This document shows positions 13,681 to 27,200 of a DNA stretch of 64,000 nt, piece by piece. Made by a program: the position numbers and the translations under genes. Every line of letters starts with the position of its first letter. The first letter of the stretch is position 1. The stretch comes from Octopus vulgaris (lineage: Eukaryota). The stretch is taken from assembly GCA_951406725.2 (NCBI GenBank), contig OX597816.1, forward strand, positions 127,968,001-128,032,000, in the 5' to 3' direction. Below the pieces are notes generated by a model that was not told where the DNA came from, ran no database searches, and saw only the letters and a list, made by a program, of their open reading frames with translations.

Positions 13681-14254
13681 TTAAGAACTGATATAGCTGT
13701 GTAGAGTGCAATTTAGTTCATGTTTTTCCTTGACAAATACTTTTACTACATACAGTATAGTTTACGTTATTCATCAATACTACTTTCTGTAAACCATATC
13801 AAGTATAAGCAAGTTAGTTGTATTTCGTTTTCCCAATCTGTATCCTTAAAAATTGTGAAACATGAAATGTTCTTACAAACAGATTTCAAGTGTAAATGCT
13901 GAAGTAGTAAGATACACTATATTGAAGCAGTTTAGTTTTTTTTTTATTTTTAAATAATTAAATGTCTTTAGATGTCTATAAAATCACATTCACAGTCAGC
14001 TATTAATCCTAATGATTTTTATTAGATAGCAGTTCAAACTGATTGCAAGAAATAGTTCTAATGTACATTACAGATGTACTCTGTTTGAAAACTGAAAAAC
14101 ATTCTCAAATATACTTAATATGCAGATAATATTGTTCTTATTGTTGAGAACAAGTTGCATTGATAGGGCATGCTTAGCTCATTAATGTCAGAAAGTACAG
14201 CCTGGGATATCATTTCTCTTTTTCATAAGGAAACCTCATTATCATTGTAATCTC

Positions 14255-15290
14255 ATCATCATCATCATGTTTTCCATTCCTTATTCCATTCTTGTATTCT
14301 TTGATGAGTCTTTTCCAACTATATTTTGGCACTTGTTGCAGCCACTCATTATTTCTTTTGTAAGATTCAGTATCCTGAGATCAGTTTTCACTACTTCTCA
14401 TGTCTTCCTCAGTCTTTCTTTTTGGATCTCTTAGAACTTCTTTACTAAACAGTCATGCTCCCATACACATAACTATACCAGTGTGGTCTCTCCTGTTGCA
14501 CATTACTGCTGATGTTTCTTATATCTAGTTTTGCTCTCAGTTCATTTGTATTTCATTGTTGATGCACACCATACAGCAGAGCATATTAACCTCATTTCTT
14601 TTTCAGCCTTTCGCACATCCTCTGCATTTGATGCCCATATTTTCTACCACACAGCACTGTACCCTGTACACCAATATCATATAATCTATTCTTGCTTTGA
14701 TGAGAGAATCCCTTTATTGTCAAAAATGACAATAACTCCTTAAAACATTTAACCTTGTTCTTACTTAGGCTACTATGTTTCCAGTGCACTCACTTCCACT
14801 GTAGATTATTTCTTCTAGGTAGAGAAGCTATCAGTCTTTCCTAAGTATTTACTTCATGGATGCTCTTACTGCTAACTACTGTGTTATAGCTATCACATTC
14901 AAAGACTTCCTCCTTCTCTGCCAGCCTGCTTATGATCCCACTGCATTTCTTGTATATCCTTAATTTATAATAGGGATGTTAAACAGAACACTTACCTACA
15001 AGAGTTGGCAAGCATTTCTCAAATGGCAGCAAAATATCTTCTTTCTTGTGGACTTTTATCTTTGCTAGATTTATTTTGAGGCTTCTTGAATTTTTATTCA
15101 GAATTTCTTCTGTAATCTGTGATTGATGCAGCTGTGAGACCTAGACTGTTGGCTCATAGGCATTCCCATGAGAAATTAGGCTTACACTCCTCCATAATGA
15201 CTTGAAAAACTATGATAAACAGGTGGTTGTGGTGGTAGTGGAGGGGCTGAGAACTGAATCCAGGGTTTGTACAAGCCATTCATTTGTAAT
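14255..15290 (-). mobile_element. Decayed 3' fragment of an RTE-clade LINE
   Basis: Minus strand has a GSVLSPL-like RT segment near 15245-15265, a W..HV / RPRKTWE-like C-terminus near 14400-14490 and a (GAT)n tail at ~14255. Heavily mutated. Confidence 0.6.
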
Positions 15291-15591
15291 TGGATTTCTT
15301 AAAGATGAAATGATCACTGGACTACAGAGCATAGTACCTGCTCTGAATCAATGAATGCTAGGTAAAATGGTTTACTCTTAGCTAAGAACTTGCCTTTTAC
15401 TTATCTACTAGGAAAAGGGTGTTAGTATCAAAAGGGGAAAAAAAACACAGGTACTGATATGCTTAATAATTGTGGCTGATATCATGGCAAGGCAAATTCT
15501 CATTTCCAAACACCAAAGCAATATCAGTTAATTAGATTGAAATATCAAAAAGGGAATCTTAGAAGCAAAATTAACAATCACACAAATTGAA

Positions 15592-15641
<50 letters not shown>

Positions 15642-15655
15642 TAATAACAATAATA
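15592..15655. repeat. (AAT)n microsatellite
   Basis: Uninterrupted AAT run followed by AAC variants. Confidence 0.95.
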
Positions 15656-16479
15656 AACTGAAATGTTTTCCTTCAAGTAAGAAAGTAAGCTTCCCAAACT
15701 TGCCTTTGTGAACGATTGCAAAATTACCATGCTAAATGGAAGTTTGGAAAAATCCCTGCTAGCAAGAAAAACATTGATGTCTTTACAGAATATTAAAAAT
15801 CCATTAGAAGGCAAAGAAGTTGAAGAAAAACATCAAGAAATAAATAAAATAAAGATATTATATCAAATTCTTTGAAAATACTAGGCAACATTCACATGAT
15901 GATATGAGTTTGTTCAGCTCATCACTCTAGAGAATTAACCAAGGACAAGTCATTAGAGAGAGAGAGATAGGGAGAAGTAATGATGTACATTCAACTGCTC
16001 ACTGCTTAAATCTGAATAACTGTATAGCAAAAACTAAATAATGATGATGATAATAATAATAATAGCATAATTATTCGTGTGTGTGTGTGTGTGTGTTTTT
16101 ATACAAATAACTATTGTTGAAGTTAACAACAAAACTCTGTTTGATCAGAGTTCAGATCCCACTGTGGTTGAGTTTCCTTTCTTCTTTCTAGGATTGATAA
16201 AATATGCACCACTCATATGATAGAATGGAAGGTAGGAAGGCAACAAAATGATATAATGGGTTGTACCCACTCCCTTCAAAGTTTGTGGCCTTTTGCCAAT
16301 ATTAGACTTTAAAATCATTTTTAAGGTTTCATAGGATACTGCTGTAGAAAAAAATAATGTAGACATATGGTTTCATCTCTTGTTAAATCTTTTCCTCTTT
16401 ATTTACATAACTAACGTTCTAGGCAAAAGTATAAACATGTCCACTTTAAATGGATAGTGCCAGAAACAGTTGTGATAGG

Positions 16480-17070
16480 CAGTAATGAAACAGCATGAAT
16501 CATATCAGAAGTTGATCTCTTTCACTGGTTTCTGTTTTCAGCTGTGGGTGTCAGTCTCATATTGTGTCTAAAGATATCCTTGTATCTGAGGTCTACCTGA
16601 ATTTTCATACTACTTGATGATTCTGATAGAGTATTTGTTGTGACATCCAGGTTTTTTTCCATTTGTTGGACATGCTCAAGTCTGTGGATGTTTTGTTGCA
16701 CCAATATCTCTTCCATGTGAGGGACTGGCTTTTTCTAGGATAACAATGTTCCTGCTCTTATATCTCCATATGATGTTGATAGTTTGTCTCAGATGTCTTA
16801 TCATAAATACATGCAGTTTTTTTCTCCTGCTTTTATCGGTTTGTGGCATAAAATCCCTGCCTCTGACCTACAGAACAGACAAGATAATATTGTTTGCATA
16901 ATTTACTCTTCACATAGACTGACTTGTGTTTGTTGTTTCACAGTCACTTACTCAACATTTTGATTGTTGAGCTGGTTTTGCTCATTTTGGAAATTCGTTT
17001 ATCTTTGAGCTTCTCTAATCAACAATTATTGCCTATGATAATTACTGCTGCCACTGTCTTCTTAAAGTGA
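16480..17070 (-). mobile_element. Decayed RTE/BovB-like LINE fragment
   Basis: Minus-strand remnants EKKLHVFMIRHLRQ and MEEILVQQNIHRLEHVQQME...LRYKD resemble the RTE ORF C-terminus. Confidence 0.5.
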
Positions 17071-17409
17071 GCATGTAATATTCATGCCTTTGCCAAGAAC
17101 ATTAGTTGTGTAAATAAAGAGTAATAGATCTAACATGTGTCAGTATTCGTCTGATAAACAGCTTAACTATTCCAGATGTTATTTTTCCAACCAAATGGTT
17201 TCATGTTAGTTCAACACACATATACAAATGTAATACTTGAATACATTGTCAGCATTGTATCCTGGAGATTACTGGGTGTTTCAGGTCTTACAACTTAAAC
17301 CCTCATCCAGGCAAACTGACCTAGGTTGATCAAGCCTAGGCCTAATTCTGTGTCCAAGTAGCATTCTACTGACCCTACCAATCACCCCTTTTCAGAAATA
17401 TATCCTCTT

Positions 17410-17645
17410 CATCATTATCATTTAACATGCTTTCCATGCTGGCATAGACTGGATGGTTTGACCAGAGATGGTCAGCTGGAGAGCTGCTCGGGCTCCATGT
17501 CTGTTTTTGGCTTGACTTTTATGACTGAATGCTCTTCCTAACTCGAACCACTTTACAGAATCTACTGGATTCTCTTACATAGCACCTGCACAGGTGCTTT
17601 TATGTGGAACCAGCACAGGTTCTTTTTACATGGAACTGGATCCAC
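17410..17645 (-). mobile_element. Family C element, inverted, with three tandem internal units
   Basis: TTTCCATGCTGGCATAG and repeated AGGTGCTTTTATGTGGAACCAGCAC-like units. Confidence 0.7.
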
Positions 17646-18197
17646 AAGTCCAAAAGATGAAGAACACTCAGCTGAAGAGGGATGCCGGATACATGCCTGT
17701 ATGCAAGAATGACCATGTATTTTAATTCTATAAACCCCCAAATAATGATTAGCACAAAGTCATAAGGCTAAGTTTTGTACATGATAAGCATAATCAAATA
17801 AATGGACATCATCACATGCCTGGTACTTATTTTTCCATCTTCTGAAGGATAAGAGAGAAAGTCAACTTTTGATGGGATTTGAAATCAGAATATAAATGAT
17901 CAAAACATAATACTGTAAAGAATTCAGTCTGACATTGTTATAACAATACAATATAAAACAGGTTCAAGAATATCAATGTGAATCCTCCATTTCGTAATTC
18001 TTATATGCTTATATACATACATATATAGAGAGGCATCACTTTCTCAATTTTTCCTGCCATATTAACTTGTTTTTCATGCTGTTGTTTTGCTTTTATTACT
18101 ATAACATAGAACTATTTTTATATCATTTGATGTTTTTTGAAAAATAATATCAACCATTTTTACTATATTTTTGTTTTGTTTTTTTTTTCTTCTCCAG

Positions 18198-18543
18198 GAT
18201 GAAGATAATGATGAGGGTCCAGTAGATGGTCCCTATGTAATTCCAACTCAGATTGGTAAAGAGACACTACGTATTGGGAAGAGCTTGGATAGAAGGGACC
18301 CATCATGGAGTAGACAGAATGTCGTAACCATGACAGCAGAAAGCAGGGGTGAGACGGGGTGTGATTCTGGGTCTGGAGAACGTCGCAGTGGTGGAAATCG
18401 AAGACCTGGAAGACTACTTCCGCCTACTTCTGTGATGGTAGCGCTGTCCATTGTGGCAATGGCAACAGCAGCTTTGTGTGCGTATTGTTCAATGAGTGGA
18501 TCCAATGTTCTCACTGTCAGCATTCCTTCAAGTGCCCTCTTAC
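18198..18543 (+). CDS. Coding exon A of an uncharacterised type II membrane protein (EGF + TNFR-like Cys repeats): cytoplasmic segment and signal-anchor helix
   Basis: Polypyrimidine tract ttttttttcttctccag| and donor c|gtaagt. GC-richer, stop-free frame DEDNDEGPVDGPYVIP...RRPGRLLPPTSVMVALSIVAMATAALCAYCSMSGSNVLTVSIPSSALL. Basic residues precede a ~20-aa hydrophobic stretch. Phase 0 start, phase 1 end, 346 bp. An in-frame accATG at 18330 is an alternative start. Confidence 0.88.
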
Positions 18544-18631
18544 GTAAGTTATATGCTTCTTATTTTAAATGTTTCTTTTTACATCATATTTATACTGACC
18601 GCTGAATTAGTACAAAATATTAATTTATAAC

Positions 18632-18840
18632 ATTGCTTTCAAATTTTGGCACAAGAACATCAATTTCAGTGGAGAGGGTAAGTCAATTACACCAAACTCA
18701 ATACCCAATACTTACTTTATTGACCCTGAAAGGATGAAAGCCAAAGTTAACTTCAGTGGAATTTGAGCTCAGAATGTGAAAACAGATGATATACTACTAA
18801 GCATTTTGCCCAGCATGCAAACAATTCTGTCAGCTTGCTA
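18632..18840 (-). mobile_element. SINE family B, inverted
   Basis: Reverse complement of family B (TTTCAAATTTTGGCACAAG...GACCCTGAAAGGATGAAAG...GAATTTGAGCTCAGAA), 90 bp downstream of exon A. Confidence 0.8.
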
Positions 18841-19554
18841 TCTATATTTATTCCTAATGTTATTTTACAATACATACTGCTAAAATTGTGCCTCTGGTTC
18901 AAATTCTGCCTGGATTTTTATATGTCTGATGTATAATTAACTCCAGGTTAGATTAGCTAAACAAGATAAAAAATGGAGTCAAGGACAGGAAGTTAAACCA
19001 ATTAGATGTTATAGTATCAATTTTACAGTTCACAGTCAAAAATGACTTCCAAGTCCTGGAAGAGGTAGTTTTCAAAAACAAACCATATCTCTCACCTTTC
19101 TAAGAAACCCAAACATATAGTGCATAGTTGACATTTTAGAAAACAAAAAAATTACTTCTGTGTAGCATTTCAATTAAAATATATTTAATAGAATGCTGTA
19201 TGAGTTTTTCTTTCATTTTTCTTATAATTGTTTCCAGTCTCTCTTTGATAAGTTAGCTTGTAACACAAATGAAGTTCCATGTTTTGACTACTTTTAACAT
19301 TACAATTCATATTACAAAAATTTATAGAGTTGATAATTTTTATAATAAACATTATACTTTAAAATTGAACTCATATTCTTATATCAATGTATAATATTTC
19401 ATGCATAGTACCTATGTGAAAAGAAGCACTCAGAACTTTTTTTATATCTATATTTTCATAAGTCAGTCTGTCAAATATTTAGAATCAGAATCTTGAACCA
19501 GATTATAATTAAATAAATTTAGCCAGTCTTTAACAAGAATTTATCATGAACAGT

Positions 19555-19822
19555 TTCAGGCTTGGTTGAAGTGTGGTAAAAAGTTTGCTTCCCAACCATA
19601 TAGTTTTGGGTTCAGTTCCACTGATTTGAACCATGGGTTTTTAAGGTATGGCTGTGTGGTTTTAAAGGTATGGCTGTGTGGTAAGAAGTTTGTTTTCCAA
19701 CCACATGGTTCAGGGTTCGGTCCCATTGTGTGGCACCTTGGGCAAGTGTCTTCTACTATATCTTCAGCTTTGTACGTGGATTTTAGTAGATGGAAACTGA
19801 AAGAAACCCTTTGTATGTATAT

Positions 19823-19862
<40 letters not shown>

Positions 19863-20250
19863 GGTGGCAAGCTGGCAGAATCGTTAGCATGCTGGGTGAA
19901 ATGCTTACGTTCTGAGTTCAAATTCCACCAAAGTCAGCTTTGCCTTTCATCCTTTCAGGGTCGATTAAATAAGTACCAGTTACACACTGAGGTCGATGTA
20001 ATCGACTTAATCCCTTAGTCTGTCCTTTTGTGTCTGTGTGTGTCCCCCACCACTGCTTGACAACCAGTGTTGGTGTGTTTATATCTCCATAACTTAACAG
20101 TTTGACAAAAGAAACTGATAGAATAAGTATTAGGCTTTAAAAAAAGTATGAAGTAAGTTCTGGTGTCAATTTGTTCAGCTAAAACCCTTCAAGGCAGTGG
20201 TCTAGCATGGCTACAGTCAAATGACTGAAACAAATAAATGATAAAAGATA
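19555..20250 (+). mobile_element. SINE family A with repeated head and a family-B SINE (19862-20015) nested in its TA array
   Basis: Family-A 5' half, (TA)n, then the family-B sequence GGTGGCAAGCTGGCAGAATCGTTAGC, then the family-A 3' half. Confidence 0.85.
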
Positions 20251-22608
20251 AATTGTGTGTTTGATGAAATTGAATTTTATTTGAAAATATTTGAGTTGTT
20301 TCTTTAATCTTGGACATCTATAACCCTATTACTGGTTTATTATTAACAATTACCCTTCTCTATTCAAAAATTATGTTTTTCCTGGTCAATGTTCTCTAAT
20401 ATTAAATTTGTTAAATTTTTTTTTAGCTAAAAGAAATTAATATTTAATCATTCCAAAGTAAAAAATTGCAAAATTATTTCAATATCTTGTTGCTTTCAAA
20501 ATTGGCTTTCACTTTCTTATATGCATATCATAAAAGCCATTTATGCTTTTATTAAATTTTTAAAAAAAACGGTCATTATGTCTTAACTTTTCAGATAAAA
20601 ATTAAACTATTAACATTGTAATGCTTTTTCACTTTATGATTTTTATGATCTTTTCATATGTTGACAGGGGATTTGAGGGTTCTCTAAATTTAGACATTGC
20701 CATTAATTAATGGGTAGAAATGTTAATAATTATAATTTTGTTTTAGTTCTGCTTTCAATGAGTACATGTAGAAAAGTAATGTGACTCTAATACTAGGAAT
20801 CTAGAAAATTACTTTTAAATCTACAAAAATCAAAAATTAAAAAAATAAATAAGTTATAGATTTTTCTTCTTTTAATCAGCAAACATATTCCAGCAATTGC
20901 CTCCGAATATTTAATTTTTATTAAAGCAACAACCTTAAAATTCTTTGGTTTTGAAACCTAATACTGAGAAACAAACATATCAAGATCACTCACATTCCTT
21001 ATACCTCCAGATCTGAATATAACAAGTAGATTATATTTTCGAAGTTTAATTTTTTTCTTATATTAAACAGTAATTAAACTATTAAAGAGGCTAAAGTACA
21101 AAATAAAGTCTCCATTTGTTCAGAGAGTTATTTTATTAGCAGTTATGCACTGACTTGAAATATGCAAGCAAAAGTTATTCAACAAGTTTTACAAATTTTA
21201 CAAAGCCAGCAGAATAACTAGTTCAGTTTGAGTTTGTGACCACTCGTCAGAACTTAATAAAGTTTGCTTGGTTTTTTAATAACATTAAAAGCATTCTGAA
21301 TCCCTTTTGATAACTCTCTAAGAGAATGCTAAAGAAAAAAATCTGTTTTAAATCTGGGATAATTGCTGAAATTCAAGTAGTGAAGTGGTAGTCCTTATTA
21401 GCACTAATTTATTTGAGAAAAATATTTTTCGTCTCAGAATACCAAAATATTTCAATTTATGTCTACTTTGCATAATTTTTCATAATAACAAACTTGGGAT
21501 GGTTATTCACTATTTATTGGAATTGAAGTGTTACTGGAAACTGGTAGTCAAGTAATATCCGGTGATCTCTTCTAAATATCACTAAATGTCAATTTAGCAA
21601 GTGTAGTATTTTATTGTTATGTTTATTGCCTAAATTCATACCCCAGAGAACAGTGGCCACATTCCTTTTCTCTATATTCTTTTCTGCAATATAAGCATTA
21701 TGGGAAAGTCTACTATTTAAAGCATGACAGTCGTTTTACATTAGACAGAAATTAAATATGGGTGGGAAACAAATTCACTATAGGTTTATTTCTCATAAAG
21801 TATTCTTTCTTCTTAATGTTATATTCTCATATGAATCAAGTTATCTTACTGATAGTTTCACAAGTTCATTCGTCCCTTTCATAATACCCTTGTGATTAAA
21901 CATGTGTAGCTAACTGGAAATTGATATCAAAGTAACCTTTAACCTTAAATAAATTTACATTAGTTTAAGAAGCACTTAAATACTATTAGTTTTTTTAAAG
22001 AAATTATATTCTTGATAAAAAGATTTATATATAATTATTACAACATAATCAATTATGCTTTTTCTCTGTATTGCTATATTGTTATTTTATAACAATTATT
22101 TAACTTCAGTTTATACTTCCTTATGTAAACTCTAACTTATTCTTAAATAACTTAATTGTTGTTTTTTTTTTTTGGCTTTAAAACAATGACAAACATTTCA
22201 TATTGTTGAACACATGTCATAGTTTCAGTTGAAGAAAAGAATTCTTTAAATTTTAACCCTATCATTTTGTACAGTTGTTAATCATATAAACGTTTTCCAA
22301 TTGTACTATTGTCATTGTATTATGCTCTTTAGCGTATGATTATTGTTCTTCTTTCAATCTACCTTTCTTTAAAGGTGTTCCATTCCCATTAAATGACAAT
22401 TGTTAGTGTCAGGCTATAAATCCAATTATATAATGTTGACTGTTATAAAAGATAAATCAATACTAGTCAACACCAGAAATAAGAAACAAGGCAGAATATA
22501 TTTTATTTCTATTCTTAACATAAATGTTTTTGCTGTTTTCATATTTTTTTTACTGTGTCCATTTTATTTAAATCTGCGTATTTATGTATAACTTTATTTT
22601 TCTTTTAG

Positions 22609-22695
22609 GTCGAGTGCGAAGTTTTACTGAACATCCGAACCTGTCTGAGTTAACTCTGAATATCACTACGCTACATGCAAACTTCAGAATTCTTG
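22609..22695 (+). CDS. Coding exon B: furin-type site and stalk
   Basis: tttttcttttag|GT...CTTG|gtaagt; 87 bp, phase 1-1. Joined to exon A it reads (R)RVRSFTEHPNLSELTLNITTLHANFRIL, with R-R-V-R and sequons NLS, NIT. Confidence 0.88.
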
Positions 22696-23016
22696 GTAAG
22701 TAAATTTACACTCATACTGATTTTTACATTTTCAAACAGCAATTGTTGCACATGGTGCATTTGATGGACATACAACCTGAAATGGAAAGAATTGAATTCA
22801 AGAATATTTACTGAAATAGATGGGAAATAATTTCTGAAATACCAAAATAACTATTTTGTAAAGTAAAAAGGTAAATTTACTGAATATTGTTTGAAAATAC
22901 AGCCAAACTAAAACCTAAAGCATTATCATAATCATCAAGAAGAAATGTGTTGAAAATCAAATTTGGTCTTGTTACAAATATGTAAAAAGGAGACAAATAT
23001 CGTTTAGATGCAATTA

Positions 23017-24243
23017 TTGAGTCATCCCATAAATAATGCAGTTTTTTTATACTGCTATTATTTTTCAAAATTAAGAGAAACAAAGTTCTTTTTAAACTAA
23101 AATATCCTCTCCTTCATTTTCTACAATGCTTTTCCATCTATCTGGTAGACTTGCAAGGCCCCTCTTACAAAATTCACTTGTCCATGACGAAAAATATTCC
23201 TCCAGTACTGCTCTGACCTTGTCTACAGAATTCATATTTTTTCCGTCCAAATGATTTTGAAGACTGCAGAATAAATGATAATGAGATGGGGGAATGTCTG
23301 ACAAATATGGTGGATGGGGCATTGTTTCCCATTCAAACTGTTCCAGCCTTTAAAATGTCATCCTCACTGTATACAGCCGAGCATTATCCTGAGGGAAGAA
23401 CACCTTTTGTCTTGAAATCAAAGATGGTTGTTTTTCTTCTAACACTGACTTAAGCCACTCAAGCTGCTCACAGAAGATTTCTTTTGGTTTGTGTTTAAAA
23501 GTTCAAAGTGGACTAAACCTTTCATATCCCACCAAACAGGTAACAGCACATTACGTGGGTGAAAACCTTCTTTAGCCTGAAGTGCTGGTGTTTCTCCTTT
23601 CCCTACCTACTGTCTTCGGCACTTGACATTTTTATAGAGAACCCATGTCTCATCACCAGTCATTATTCAGTCCAAAAAAGGTTCACTCATGAGATGTGAC
23701 AGCAAAGAAGAGCACACATTCTGCATCTGATTAGACTTGGAAAGTTTGTGAGGAACCCATTGACCCAATTTGCTGAATGGTTGAATTACCAAATTCAAGC
23801 TTCTCTGTTAGTTCCTCAACAGTTATGATGAAATTTTGTTCCACCGGGGTTTGCGGGATGTCCTCATCAAGCTCTACAGATCTTCCAGGACAAAGCTTGT
23901 CTTCTAGGCTGTAGTTTCCAGCTTGGAATTTCTGGAACCACTGTTGACACTAGCTTACGCTTGTTGTCCATTCCCCATACACTGCATTAATACTCTTTAC
24001 ACTTTCTATTGCATTGTTGCCTTTATTGAACTCAGAAAGTAAATTATGCCAAATATACTCTTTTGTCACTTCCATTATAGTTTTGCAAAAATGACTGTTA
24101 AAACTGAATTTGCACTAAGTATAAGGACAAGGTAAAATTACTACCTGCTTTTATAGCAAGATGATGCAGGTAGTTTATCCTGCCCCCTCCAACTTTTAGT
24201 TTATGCATTTTAAAAAATATGCATTATTTATGGGATGGCCCAA
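23017..24243 (-). mobile_element. Near full-length decayed mariner (DD34D) transposon, ~1.23 kb
   Basis: TA-flanked TIRs TTGAGTCATCCCATAAATAATGCA / TGCATTATTTATGGGATGGCCCAA. Minus-strand motifs WVPHKL, TGDETWVLY and PHPPYLSDIPPSHYHLF (cf. YSPDLAPSDYHLF); multiple stops and frameshifts. Confidence 0.92.
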
Positions 24244-27200
24244 TATAACGAACAAATCTGTACAAATAAACCTATCATTTACAATATATGGGAGTTATTT
24301 GTTGCTTAACTTCATAAATGTCATTTATGAATCAGGAACTCTGAATAGTATAAACAGTATTATTTCTCATTGCAGCAGAAATTAGTTATGTTTTTGTTAG
24401 CTCTGTCATGAAATAAAGTTTAAATAATATATAATAGAAGTATTTAATAATGTTTGTTATGTAAGAAAATTATAATATCTGACTTGTATAACAGAACATT
24501 TTTATACAAGAAAAACCCTATCCAGGTTTTATTGTTTCGTAGTGGAAAGTACTGTGAAATTTGAGCTTCTCTCATTTGAAATGATGGAATGAAATCAATA
24601 TGGATAGGTGAGTTAATTAACATAATAAGCGATCGCATTACCTTCTAATATTGGTGCAGAATTGATAAATATTTCTGGTTGATTAAATCAAGCAAATTGA
24701 GGGAAGGTGTAATCCATAGTGGTTAATGTGACATGATAATAACAAAATGTATAACATTTAGACATCATAGTCATCATACTCCACATATGTTTAAGAAATC
24801 TAATGAGGACCATCCCTGCTATGAAACTTACCATAAAGTGATGATCAAAATGTTGACAGTTACCACACTCAATATGTGAAAGTTGAAATTTCTGCATTAA
24901 CACATCAGGACCAAGCAAATATTACAAAATTTTGAAAAGCTGATGGGAATAGGACCTGTACTTGGTTAATGCTAAAATCATCCTAACACTTCAGATGACT
25001 AAAGCTGATGAACACTTTTACATCAACGTATCAAACAGACAATTTGGTACCAATACATGATGTTTTGATGCCAATGTTTTATCTGAAGACATCATCAAAA
25101 ATTAAACATCTTATCAACTGAACTGGTCACTTACAGAATATATTTAATATTAATTAGAAATGAGAATTAAAAAAATAAAAACTCATACCAAGTGTTAAGT
25201 ATGTTTTATTTATTCATCTTATTAAGGAAAGCAAAGGAAGCTTTTTGATTTTCATCCAACAAAACTTTGTTTTCTTTCAATATTTCACACATCTAAAGTA
25301 AATTGGGAAGTTTTTCCTAGCATTGTAATAACATCTAGTGTACAGTACTAAACACCAACTTTCTATTTCCACTTACAGCTTTTATGATTTCTTTCCAAAC
25401 ACTTTAGCTGTAACTGTTCAAATTGCATTTACTATTTGATATAATGGAACTATTTATCCATTACAATTCTAAAGGTATCAGATTATAGAAAGTCACTTAT
25501 TTCTTTCATTTAGATACAGAGCACGTAAACCATTTGTTACAAGTTCTCACATCTATTTGCAACATTGTAATTATACTTCTTACATAGATAAAGCTTACTT
25601 TTCATATTCATCATAGATTACAAAAGCAGTGTATCATAAGTCTCAACATAGATTAAACTGAGTGAATTGGTACTAAGAGGCAGTTCAGTATAATGGCTTG
25701 TTTATCATGCAGGTAGTTTTTATCTAAGAGAGATTCAAATATTTTGTGAATGAGGCTGATGCATTAGTCAATATAAGGGAGAAATTCTGCCTGGTATTAT
25801 ACATGGAACTTTTAAGCGATGAATATCTTTTCAGGAAGAAAGTACCTCTTGGCTCTTAAAAGTGCCCAATCATCTCAATAAAGCTTTTGCTTTGCTGAGT
25901 TTATTGGATTTCCAGGGTTGGTTAATAAAGTTACTCATACTATATGTAGGGTCCAAGTTGTACATAGAGAAGAGGAATTCCTGTAGGTGATTAATGTTTT
26001 AGATTTAGTCTTGTTAACTGTTAATTACCCAAACCACTTACAAGAGGTTCTTGTTTGTGGTTAGAAAGGAAATGAATAGAATAATGGTTGTTTTCATCAG
26101 CTCATAAGGGCTTTTAGTTATCAACAATAGCATAATTGCAACTGAAATAGAAGAGGAAGAAAATCAGGAAGATATATTGATGATGTAGTGATTGAGTTTA
26201 TCTTTTGCATATTCTGAAATGGAGTGATCAGCTAAAACTTTTCTAATGCAAACAATTAAACCAACATAGTCCATAGGCTGAGAATTTCACCAAAGTATTT
26301 TCTTGGTAATCTGTCTTTATTGATAACTATACCAGTGATGTTATGAAAGAGGACTACGGTGAAAGTCAGATGAATTGATGTATAACATATGAAAGCAGGT
26401 CACTTGTAAATCTGGAGGTTCCAAAGTAAGACATTTTGGTAACGGAAAAAAAGTAAAATTTCTGAGTAGGGCAGTGAGAACTGAGCTAGTCTTCACCTAT
26501 GAAAGGATTCCACTTGCTGTCTCTTATCAATCAAAGCCATCTTGAACTAGTTTCAGCTGACATACCTATTTCTTTGATGGCTTTCTTCAGCTGTCTGGGT
26601 TCCAAACCTATTTTCTGCAGCAAACAGTGCTCTGATCCAGATGGAAAGCTCATCAGTCACTCCAATGGGGAATGATACTGCATACCTGTTCTCGACAAGG
26701 ACCTCATTGACTAAGTTTGATATTTCAATTTCTTTACCTGGTGGGAATTTTTTTTTCCAGGTAATATTGAAATCTTTAAAAAAACATTCAAGAAAAGAAA
26801 ATGTCATGGTTTTCCAAAGCATTTTCTCTGTTTTGTAAATGAAATGCACTTTAAAAGGTTCAAATTATAAATAACTCAGGGTATTTGTTAGAAGATATCT
26901 ATACATTCACACAGCTCACACATAATCATCAAAAAGGTAGTTGGTTACTAAGGGGCAGCTTAAAACCATAATAGTAGGAACACTAACCAGTAGATAGTGA
27001 AGATTATAGATGCCAATATAAATTGGTGATCAGTTTTGTATCTTTGTATTACATAAATAGCTTGATTAATCAGATTTTGTAAGAAAACTGGAAAACTATA
27101 ACAAAATAAGTGTAAGATTGAGTGAGACTTGATAGAATATAGTTTTGGTTTGTATCGGGATATGGTATGATAAATATTATAATACAATTATGAGAGATCA

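Noticed and set aside
25640-26850. Overlapping ORFs and possible ancient LINE remnant
   Set aside because: No diagnostic RT or endonuclease motif could be read with confidence, and there are no fitting splice sites.
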